A DNA stretch of 18,160 nt from positions 1 to 18,160 of the forward strand of contig JBNJGH010000059.1 in NCBI GenBank assembly GCA_051747585.1, read 5' to 3'. Positions 1-7,637 of this stretch are shown here, one piece after another. This DNA is from Candidatus Rifleibacteriota bacterium. GTDB lineage: Bacteria; Muiribacteriota; Ozemobacteria; Ozemobacterales; Ozemobacteraceae. Within the stretch, counting starts at the first letter, position 1. Every line of letters begins with the position of its first letter. The position numbers and the translations under genes were made by a program. The notes beneath the pieces are model-generated. The model was not told the origin of the DNA. It ran no database searches and saw only the letters and a program-made list of their open reading frames with translations.

Positions 1-59
1 AAAACACGAGTGCTTTTCTGAAGGCTTGCTGACGAAGGAAACAATGGCTGAAAAAGATT

Positions 60-87
60 CTCTGTGTTCTCTGTGCGCTCTGTGGTT
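60..87. repeat. Three CTCTGTG units with 9-bp period (CTCTGTGttCTCTGTGcgCTCTGTGgt), intergenic dispersed-repeat type
   Basis: CTCTGTG at 60, 69 and 78 read directly; the reverse strand reads ACCACAGAG-CGCACAGAG-AACACAGAG. Confidence 0.7.
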
Positions 88-244
88 ATTTTCTTTGTGG
101 CTTTGAGACTTGGTGTGAGGAATATTCTTTTCGAAAACCAACTGATAGACGCTTACCGAGGATTGCCAACTCTTTACAGTTGGATTGTATTTGTATGATC
201 TCTATGTTAGACTTGCGCGGCAAATCAGACCGACAGGAGCTGCC

Positions 245-1120
245 ATGGATCGCAAAGTTCACATTTTAGATGTCCTTTATATATTACTTGGCTCGATCAT
301 TCTTGCCTTCAGCCTGGTAGCTTTTACCATACCAAATAAAATTGTCGCAGGTGGTTTAAGTGGAATAGCAACCATTCTATTTTATGTATTAAACACACCC
401 GTCGGTATGTTTATGCTGGTTTGCAATGCCTTGTTAATAATACTTCAGGCTAAAATGATCGGCAAAAAATCTGCCTGGAAAACGCTTCTATCAATTTTAA
501 CCGTTTCTATTGCCATTGAATTGATGATGAACTTTTTTGAAATTGGCCCCATGACAAAAGACCCAATTTTAGCCGGCCTTTATGGAGGTCTGCTGGCAGG
601 AATTGGGGTTGGGCTGGCATTCAAAGGTGGCGGAACTACCGGCGGGATCGATATTGTGAGCCAGATCCTGAATATCCGTTATCGCATACCGATCGGTGAC
701 GTCATACTGCTTTCGAATATTTTTATAACATTTTTTGCCGGAATATCGTTTGGACCTGAGCTTGCGTTATATGGCCTGATTACCGTTTTCTTCAGCGGCA
801 AAGTAATTGATTCGGTTCTTGAAGGTATGTCGGTCTTCAGAACCGTTTTTATAATGTCTAAAAACTATGAAGAGCTTGGCTGGGCTATAATTGAAGAGCT
901 CCATCGAGGCGTTACCTGCCTGAACGGCTACGGCGTATATTCGGGTAAAGACTCATTTATTCTGCTTACGGTCGTGCGCCGTCGCGAAATACCCATGTTG
1001 CGAAATATAATCTATGACATAGATCCAAAAGCCTTTGTTATTATAGGTGACTCAAGGCAGGTTCTCGGACGCGGCTTTGTAAACTTCGACAATGAAATTC
1101 GCCGGGTCAAAGATGTTTAA
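245..1120 (+). CDS. YitT family membrane protein (YitT_membrane + C-terminal DUF2179)
   Basis: Motifs PNKIVAGGLSGIA, GGGTTGGIDIV, ELHRGVTCLNGYGVYSG and IDPKAFVIIGDSRQVLGRGF are typical of YitT. Start moved from TTG 185 to ATG 245 because of the AGGAG RBS just upstream. Confidence 0.92.
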   Translation: MDRKVHILDVLYILLGSIILAFSLVAFTIPNKIVAGGLSGIATILFYVLNTPVGMFMLVCNALLIILQAKMIGKKSAWKTLLSILTVSIAIELMMNFFEIGPMTKDPILAGLYGGLLAGIGVGLAFKGGGTTGGIDIVSQILNIRYRIPIGDVILLSNIFITFFAGISFGPELALYGLITVFFSGKVIDSVLEGMSVFRTVFIMSKNYEELGWAIIEELHRGVTCLNGYGVYSGKDSFILLTVVRRREIPMLRNIIYDIDPKAFVIIGDSRQVLGRGFVNFDNEIRRVKDV

Positions 1121-1140
1121 GCTTTAATAAATACTTATTA

Positions 1141-1719
1141 TCAGCTTTCGTGATACATAAAGTCGATGCAAATTACCGAAGCCAGAGTAATTAAAGCCAT
1201 TGACGCATCGGAATTCATTGTAACTTCAAAGTCATCTGCCGTTGTAAAAAGTTCTTTAGCCAAGCCGGTAATTCTGTGTCTTATGGTTGCCAGAATATTC
1301 TGATTATTGTCTAAGAATTGAAAAGTTTTGAATTTCCAGCCACCTTTAATTTTTCCAAGTAGTTGTCCATTTCCATCTTCAACCAGAATTTGGGGGTTAA
1401 ATAACGACAACTTCTGGCGCAAAACACAAAGCACACGATTGTCAGAGTTTGTAACCCTGAACGTCGATTTAAAAAAAGATGCGGGTTGGGTAATCTCAAG
1501 AAGCTTTGTACCTTCGGGCGAACACATCACCAACTTAATCGGCAAAAAAGCTTTATCAAATAACAGTTTGGCAAGCTTCTGTTTATAACTAGCCTCTTCT
1601 CTTACTTCAGCCATAAGTGTATTATCTTCCGGATCTATTACCTTATAGGCTTCATTTAAGCTGGCTACACCAACCGCTTCTCTAACCAGATATTTTTTTC
1701 GATATGCAATGTTCTTCAT
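1141..1719 (-). CDS. LURP-one-related / phospholipid scramblase-like (tubby C-terminal fold) protein
   Basis: Repeated beta-hairpin pattern (YKVIDPEDNTLMAEVRE, GQLLGKIKGGWKFKTFQFLD), KELFTTADDFEV, and a C-terminal hydrophobic helix ending LASVICIDFMYHE; GGAGG RBS. Confidence 0.85.
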   Translation of the reverse strand: MKNIAYRKKYLVREAVGVASLNEAYKVIDPEDNTLMAEVREEASYKQKLAKLLFDKAFLPIKLVMCSPEGTKLLEITQPASFFKSTFRVTNSDNRVLCVLRQKLSLFNPQILVEDGNGQLLGKIKGGWKFKTFQFLDNNQNILATIRHRITGLAKELFTTADDFEVTMNSDASMALITLASVICIDFMYHES

Positions 1720-1730
1720 AAGATCCTCCG

Positions 1731-2555
1731 CTACCAGATTTCCAGCGAACCGCCATCAACCCATGCACCGGGCTGCACACCCGATTTGGCGGCTTTATCA
1801 AGAATCTGACCATACAAATCAGCATCGAGGCAAGCTTTGATTTTAGAGAAATCAGGGGCAATTGGGGCCTGAAGTTTAACTGCTTTAAAAGCGTTCTGCC
1901 AGCTATGCTTCAGAACCTGATTATTTGTTTTCTGCCAGCCGGCACGAATCATATACCAGGTGAGCTGAAAGTCATCAAGGACCGCTTTTTCAGACTCAGA
2001 CAACTTATCATAATTCATTTTTATAGTCTGCTTGATTTCCTCTACAGCATTAGAGCTGAAGGGCGTATCACTATAAGGATCATTTACAAATTCGAGATAC
2101 TCTACTAAAGCAGCTATTGACTGACGGTTTATAACCTGGTCATCAAACTTAACAGCAGGTTCGGTGTTTTCTTTTTTTATTTTCAGATATAATACGGCTG
2201 CCGGATCATTCGGCAAACTGGCTGCTGATTCTTCAAAATCTTTTTCTAAAATGGCTTTGACCGCGTTAAGCCCGTTCTGATCCATGCTTTGCATTGATTC
2301 AACCAGCTCACAGGCAGAAAGAAAGTTGTTTTTATCCTGTTTAGACATGGTTGCGCACTCTTTCTTGATAGCTTTAAGAAAGCGATCTTTTTGAGCCACG
2401 GTCAGTCTTGTACCAAGTACAAATTCTATAAGAGCTATATGGCACTGGGCCGACCGCATTGTTATTGGAGGGTTGCCGGGCACCAGCACCTGACTGGCTG
2501 CTAAAAGGCTACCAATAAATATGAATAAAACAGTCAGATTAATAAATTTTCGCAT
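1731..2555 (-). CDS. Exported alpha-helical hypothetical protein with an internal two-fold repeat
   Basis: Sec-type signal (MRKFINLTVLFIFIGSLLAA), G-rich RBS, 274-aa ORF; VLVPGNPPITMRSAQCHIALIEFV is echoed by AVKFDDQVINRQSIAALVEYLEFV. Confidence 0.75.
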   Translation of the reverse strand: MRKFINLTVLFIFIGSLLAASQVLVPGNPPITMRSAQCHIALIEFVLGTRLTVAQKDRFLKAIKKECATMSKQDKNNFLSACELVESMQSMDQNGLNAVKAILEKDFEESAASLPNDPAAVLYLKIKKENTEPAVKFDDQVINRQSIAALVEYLEFVNDPYSDTPFSSNAVEEIKQTIKMNYDKLSESEKAVLDDFQLTWYMIRAGWQKTNNQVLKHSWQNAFKAVKLQAPIAPDFSKIKACLDADLYGQILDKAAKSGVQPGAWVDGGSLEIW

Positions 2556-2584
2556 TGTTTCCCCCCATAAAAGTTTATATAGCG

Positions 2585-2614
2585 ATAATAGCTTTTTTTT
2601 GCCCTGCAGGTCAA
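2585..2614 (-). promoter_or_regulatory. Putative sigma70-type promoter for the 2555/1719 gene pair
   Basis: Minus strand TTGACC (2614-2609), 18-nt spacer, TATTAT (2590-2585), within the 75-bp gap upstream of ATG 2555. Confidence 0.35.
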
Positions 2615-2630
2615 CTTTAAAGCTCAGCAG

Positions 2631-3377
2631 CTACAACGCATTCTTAATGAGTCTAAGTAAAATTGTACCCGCCACCCAGACGACGCCAGAAAGAATCAGA
2701 GCAAGAATTATTTTAAAAATTAATCCGGTATATAAATGCATAGCGTCAATCGCAGCTTCACTTTTACCTGCTTCTATACTCTTAACAATAATTTCCCCTT
2801 TGGAATTATAAACCTGTAATTTGTGATCTGCTTTGCCGGAAAAAAATCGCAAATCAGTTTCATTTGCAACAGTTTTGGCCTTATTCCAAGCTTCATCAAA
2901 TTCAAGTCTACCGGAAATTTTTGAAAGCAAACCACTGTCATTAACTATAACAACATAATAATCATACTTGATTGTCAGATAATCGACTTCATGAACCATC
3001 ATACCTGCAGGTGTTATTCTTGGCAATTTGCTTACAGAGACGCACTCTATTTCTTCGAATGGCGCAACCAGTTTTCGGCTGACCAGAGAAAAATACTTCT
3101 GACAATAATAAATACAACCCTCTTTGAAATTGATTTCGTACCAATATTCTTTAAAATTCCAGCGATATAAAAAATAAAGAGCAGCCGGAATTAAAGAACC
3201 AATAAACCACTTTTCGCCCAGACGAATACCAGTTGTTGCCAACAGCATCAGCACAAAAGCCAGCGAAAACCCTGTGAAGACCTGATCGTCGGCTTTTATA
3301 ACAATGTTATCGGAGCTGGCAAGAGTTCCTTCATCCTCATCTATTTTTTCTTTCTTATTGTTCTTTTTTGCTGCCAT
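2631..3377 (-). CDS. Hypothetical inner-membrane protein (two N-terminal TM helices, soluble beta-rich domain, C-terminal TM helix)
   Basis: Hydrophobic segments VFTGFSLAFVLMLLATTGI, WFIGSLIPAALYFLY and LIFKIILALILSGVVWVAGTILL; AAAGGT RBS; 30 bp downstream of the NHL gene. Confidence 0.7.
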   Translation of the reverse strand: MAAKKNNKKEKIDEDEGTLASSDNIVIKADDQVFTGFSLAFVLMLLATTGIRLGEKWFIGSLIPAALYFLYRWNFKEYWYEINFKEGCIYYCQKYFSLVSRKLVAPFEEIECVSVSKLPRITPAGMMVHEVDYLTIKYDYYVVIVNDSGLLSKISGRLEFDEAWNKAKTVANETDLRFFSGKADHKLQVYNSKGEIIVKSIEAGKSEAAIDAMHLYTGLIFKIILALILSGVVWVAGTILLRLIKNAL

Positions 3378-3407
3378 AATTACCTTTCCAAAATTTTATC
3401 AGCCGGT

Positions 3408-6400
3408 TCAAGGATCGGGAACAAAACGCAATATTTTATTGCTGTCGGCAGATACAGCATATACTCGGCCCCAATCGTCAACCGTAAGAGCTGCAATATT
3501 TTCGCCGACATAGATTTCGGTCTGAAAGCCTGCCGCATCTTTATATTTCTGCTCTGCAGAAAAGCGCTGCATCCTGAAGTTCCCGGTATCTGCCACATAA
3601 ACGTTTCCCTGTGCATCTAAAGCGACATCGGTCGGTGTGTCGAAGGCTCCGTTTGAATCACTGAAAGCCCCGGTTCGATTCGAGCCGGGGTCGAGCCAGA
3701 ATGCGAGTGAGCCGGCATCATAACTGCCCCACCAGCCGACAAAGTTTCCATCTGTATCATATTTTTTAATGCGATGGTTGCCACGGTCGACAACATAACA
3801 AAAACCATCTTCGTTGATAGCCAGGCCGGCGGGATAATTGAAGCCATCGTCTGAGATACCGGTAGCGCCCCAGTCCTTTATAAAAGTTCCGTCAGTGTCA
3901 AATTTTTGTATTCGATTTTTCTCTCTATCGGCGACAAACAGATAGGTCCCTGAGTTATCTACGGTTATTGAAGAAGGCTTAAAGAACTGCCCATCACCAC
4001 TGCCATAAACTCCCCAGTTCTTAATAAATGCACCCTCAGGCGAAATGACCTGAACTCTTGCATTACCGGTATCGGCTACAAACAAATATCCCCGATTGTC
4101 TACTGCAAGGCCTTCCGGATTATAAAACTGGTTATCGCCGGCACCCTTCGAACCAATAACCTGAATAACTTCGCCTTCCAGATTGAATACTGTTATCGAA
4201 CCGTCTTCACGATCAAGAACAAATACCTTTCGGTTTTTTGAATCTACAGTGATGCGAACAGGCAGGGTTGTCAGCAATGATGTATCGGGCTCGATCTGCT
4301 CTATATATGCGCCAGCAACAGATGATTTTTGCAACCTGCTGTTACTTGAATCTGCAATCATCACATTATCATTCAAGCTGTAAAGATCGACCGGCTGATT
4401 ATACTGACCGCCGGTAATCCCCGCAGCTCCAATCTTGTTAAGAAAGGTCCCTGCATTTAAATCAATTACCTGAACCCGATTATTATAGGTGTCGGCTACC
4501 AGCAACTCACTGTTTTCTGAGACAGCTACTCCAAAAGGCCGATAGAATTCTCCATCTCGGGTCGAAGCCTGACCGAAGCCGGTAGTTAGCCATCCGGGAG
4601 TCACGATGTTCGGATCTTTTGAGCCAAGCCAACCGGAAAATGACCAGCTGGAGGGTGAAGTAACATCATTCGGCGCAAATCGCTGAATTCTATGATTGTT
4701 TGCATCAGCAACATAAAGATTAAAGGTTGAGTCGATCGCTATGCCTGAAGGAGCATTAAACTGACCGTTTCCGCTACCATAAGAGCCAAGTTGATTAAAA
4801 TAAGAATCTGTCGAGGTATCAAAAATTTGAATGCGGCTGTTACCGGCATCAGCTACATAAAGCATGCCTTGCGAATCTATTGCCAGGCCACGCGGTGCAT
4901 AAACCTGACCATCTGAATTGCCAGACCCGGCAATTTGTTTGACATAATTGCCGGAAAAATCAAAGGCTTTTAGAGAATGCCCACCCGACTCTGCGACATA
5001 AACCAGCTCTGAAGTGTTATTTACGGCAACTCCCCAGGGTTTGTCAAGATTGGCAAATTTTGTCTGACTGCCATCTGCGCTTATTTTCCAGACCCAGCCA
5101 TTATCATAATCAGTTATAAAAATGTCACCGGCTTCATTTTGGTCGACACCGGGCAGGAAAGGCGCAGAATTGGCCCGAGGACCGCTCCAGGATGGATATA
5201 TCTGAGTATAGTCATACTCAGGGTAAACAACAAATTCAGAACAAACAATTGTGGGATAATCGTTAACCACAAGGCTTACCGGCCCCGAGGCCGCGCCCTC
5301 TGGAACCCTGAAATGAATTTCGCTGTCGTTCCAGCTCAATATGGGTGCAGCAAGCTGGTTAAAAAGAACTTTATTCTGTTCTGAGCCATCCCCAAGATGG
5401 GCGCCAGAAACAGTTATCTCGCGACCATACCAACCGGTTTCATAATCGATCTTGTCAAAATAAAGAATATCAAAATCAACCGCTTTGGAGCGAATACCCA
5501 TGTTACTTACAACTACTGACGCTGTGCCGGTAGCGGTTTGAGGTATAGTTACCTTAATTTCATCAGGGCGCCAGATAGAAAAATCGGTAGAAGTTGATTC
5601 GCCAAACAAAACATAGCCAGTATCTTTGCCGAAACCATAACCGTTGATGGTCAAAGAAGCTCCGACGGGTAACCTGTCTGCAGAAATAGAAGTTATTTCC
5701 ATTACGTTTATGGCAACCCCGTTACTATCAAGAGCGTCAGCAGTTACGATCAAATTGCCCGGTCTGGTGCCCGGCAATATTTTTGCTTCTATAAAAGTAT
5801 GCGACCATGAGACAACTTCTGCCGCATCGCCACCTATGGTTACAGATCCCGGGTTGCTGCCAAAACCATGCCCGGATATTGAAACAATATCTCCGGCAAT
5901 GCAATTTTGCGGGGTTATAGTCTCGATTGAATTTACGGTCATCGAAGCAATTTTAAAGTTTACGCCCTGGACTTCTGCAGACAAATCACCGGTTTTTGCA
6001 CCGGAAGGTACTCTAATTAACAGCTTAGACTCGCTCCAGCTTATAACAGGAGCCTTTACCCCTCCTTCATCGAAATAGAGATACGAGCTGCCAGGCGCTG
6101 AACCCCAGCCTTCTCCGGTTATGGTAATTACATCGTTTTTAAAAGTTTTAAGAGGATCTGTATTGAAAACTCTGTTGACTTTAAATATTCCTGCAACTCT
6201 GGTTTTGTTGTTTATTACCAGATTAACAACCCCCGAATTCGCACCTCGGGGTACAACAAAGTCGATTTGAGTATCCGACCAGCTTACAACTTCTGCCACA
6301 ACTCCATTTACAAGAATCTGGCTTTCTGATTGATTGTCTAAAAAGTTTCGACCTTTGACATGAACCAGCGTTCCGGCGGGGCCATAAGCCGGGCTAATTG

Positions 6401-7637
6401 AAAGGCCCGGGTCTACCAGAGTAAAATTACCCGCAGATTTTTCACCATGTTTATTTTTTATTAAAATTATTCCATCTGCGTCTCCGGGCGGAACCTTAGC
6501 AACAATCTGACTGTCGCTGCAGGAAATGATCTCGGCATTTATGCCGTTGAAGCTCAAGCTAACCTCGTCTTCGCTGTTACCAAAACCTGAACCGAAAATT
6601 GTTATGGTTTCACCGGTTTCGGCAGCCAAAGGCTCAACCTTATCGACCCTGATTACAATGTTTTTATCGCCACCTACGGCTATGGCAACATTTACACTTC
6701 CTTTAGCTCCCCGTGAATCTGTAACCTCTGCGGAAATTGTTGCCATTCCAGTTGTTGTCGGAGCAATCCATGCTATCCGCATTGAGTCAGCACCGGATTC
6801 AATTTCACCGACGGTACTGCTCCATTCGGGATTAAACTGATCTGTCTTGTATTCATCGGGATCAAAAACAGCAACCTCGAGCTCAACCCTTTCTTCAGGG
6901 CTTACTTTGCCCGGGATCTCAGTAAAATATACAACCGGTGAATAGTTCGGTTCGCTAAGATCAGAAAGGGTCAGGTTAATAGTCGAAGAAAGATTGGAAC
7001 TTTTCAAAAAAGGCATTTCAAAACTATGCTCGCGGAAGCCGGGAGCTGAAATAGTTATTTTTTCGTCAGCTGCATCGGGAGGCAAAGGCGGAGTATTAAA
7101 ATATCCTGCAGCATTTGAATAAAACTTCATTCCCCAGAGACTAAGCTCGGCATTTGCTACTGGCTTGCCAAGGTTATCGGTCAGGTAGCCATTAACCGAA
7201 TAAAGGCCCTTTTCAACCTCAAGTTCTGAAAGTTTTTTAACCGGTTGCGCCGCCGAGACCTGGAATGGTGCCGACCTGGCGAGATAAAGCTCATTGCTTG
7301 CGGCCAGATCGTAGCTGCAAACAATGCGATGGTTTTCATTCAAGGGAACGTCTTTTAGAGCGAACTCTCCATTCTGATCTGTCAAACAGGTTTTGTCGGG
7401 ATAATTTTCGAGCCAGACCAATGCTTTTGCTACGAGGTTATCTGAAGTTTCACCGACGATATTAAGTCTTACACCTTCTGCTGAAGAGACTTTACCATAA
7501 ACGGTTCCGACTGGGGGCACCCTTGCCGGAGAGCTACCGGAGCCTCCGCCGCAACCCTGCAAACCGGCAAAAAGACCGAAAAGCACCAGGGTAACAAAAA
7601 AATATAAATACTTTTTTCCGTACCCCGTGATCTTCAT
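3408..7637 (-). CDS. Large lipoprotein: two carboxypeptidase-regulatory-like domains, an Ig/PKD-like domain, 6 IPT/TIG domains and 12 NHL repeats (two 6-bladed beta-propellers)
   Basis: Lipobox LQG-C29 then GGGSGSS. Six IPT motifs of the form xPxxxxxGxxITIxGxGFG (about 6660-5230). Twelve NHL repeats such as PRGLAIDSQGMLYVADAGNSRIQIFD and PEGLAVDNRGYLFVADTGNARVQVIS (about 5170-3411). Start overlaps the upstream stop (TGATG). Confidence 0.92.
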   Translation of the reverse strand: MKITGYGKKYLYFFVTLVLFGLFAGLQGCGGGSGSSPARVPPVGTVYGKVSSAEGVRLNIVGETSDNLVAKALVWLENYPDKTCLTDQNGEFALKDVPLNENHRIVCSYDLAASNELYLARSAPFQVSAAQPVKKLSELEVEKGLYSVNGYLTDNLGKPVANAELSLWGMKFYSNAAGYFNTPPLPPDAADEKITISAPGFREHSFEMPFLKSSNLSSTINLTLSDLSEPNYSPVVYFTEIPGKVSPEERVELEVAVFDPDEYKTDQFNPEWSSTVGEIESGADSMRIAWIAPTTTGMATISAEVTDSRGAKGSVNVAIAVGGDKNIVIRVDKVEPLAAETGETITIFGSGFGNSEDEVSLSFNGINAEIISCSDSQIVAKVPPGDADGIILIKNKHGEKSAGNFTLVDPGLSISPAYGPAGTLVHVKGRNFLDNQSESQILVNGVVAEVVSWSDTQIDFVVPRGANSGVVNLVINNKTRVAGIFKVNRVFNTDPLKTFKNDVITITGEGWGSAPGSSYLYFDEGGVKAPVISWSESKLLIRVPSGAKTGDLSAEVQGVNFKIASMTVNSIETITPQNCIAGDIVSISGHGFGSNPGSVTIGGDAAEVVSWSHTFIEAKILPGTRPGNLIVTADALDSNGVAINVMEITSISADRLPVGASLTINGYGFGKDTGYVLFGESTSTDFSIWRPDEIKVTIPQTATGTASVVVSNMGIRSKAVDFDILYFDKIDYETGWYGREITVSGAHLGDGSEQNKVLFNQLAAPILSWNDSEIHFRVPEGAASGPVSLVVNDYPTIVCSEFVVYPEYDYTQIYPSWSGPRANSAPFLPGVDQNEAGDIFITDYDNGWVWKISADGSQTKFANLDKPWGVAVNNTSELVYVAESGGHSLKAFDFSGNYVKQIAGSGNSDGQVYAPRGLAIDSQGMLYVADAGNSRIQIFDTSTDSYFNQLGSYGSGNGQFNAPSGIAIDSTFNLYVADANNHRIQRFAPNDVTSPSSWSFSGWLGSKDPNIVTPGWLTTGFGQASTRDGEFYRPFGVAVSENSELLVADTYNNRVQVIDLNAGTFLNKIGAAGITGGQYNQPVDLYSLNDNVMIADSSNSRLQKSSVAGAYIEQIEPDTSLLTTLPVRITVDSKNRKVFVLDREDGSITVFNLEGEVIQVIGSKGAGDNQFYNPEGLAVDNRGYLFVADTGNARVQVISPEGAFIKNWGVYGSGDGQFFKPSSITVDNSGTYLFVADREKNRIQKFDTDGTFIKDWGATGISDDGFNYPAGLAINEDGFCYVVDRGNHRIKKYDTDGNFVGWWGSYDAGSLAFWLDPGSNRTGAFSDSNGAFDTPTDVALDAQGNVYVADTGNFRMQRFSAEQKYKDAAGFQTEIYVGENIAALTVDDWGRVYAVSADSNKILRFVPDP

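Noticed and set aside
2..107. Open + strand frame at the window start (…KDSLCSLCALWLFSLWL*)
   Set aside because: Short, and largely a translation of the CTCTGTG repeat; cannot be supported as a gene end without upstream sequence.
1118..1148. Bidirectional terminator between the convergent yitT-like and scramblase-like genes (TAATAA-atac-TTATTA)
   Set aside because: The stem is almost all A-T and too weak to support a terminator call.
3408..5170. Periodic nucleotide similarity that might suggest a CRISPR or DNA repeat array
   Set aside because: Explained by degenerate NHL protein repeats; no identical direct repeats with spacers.
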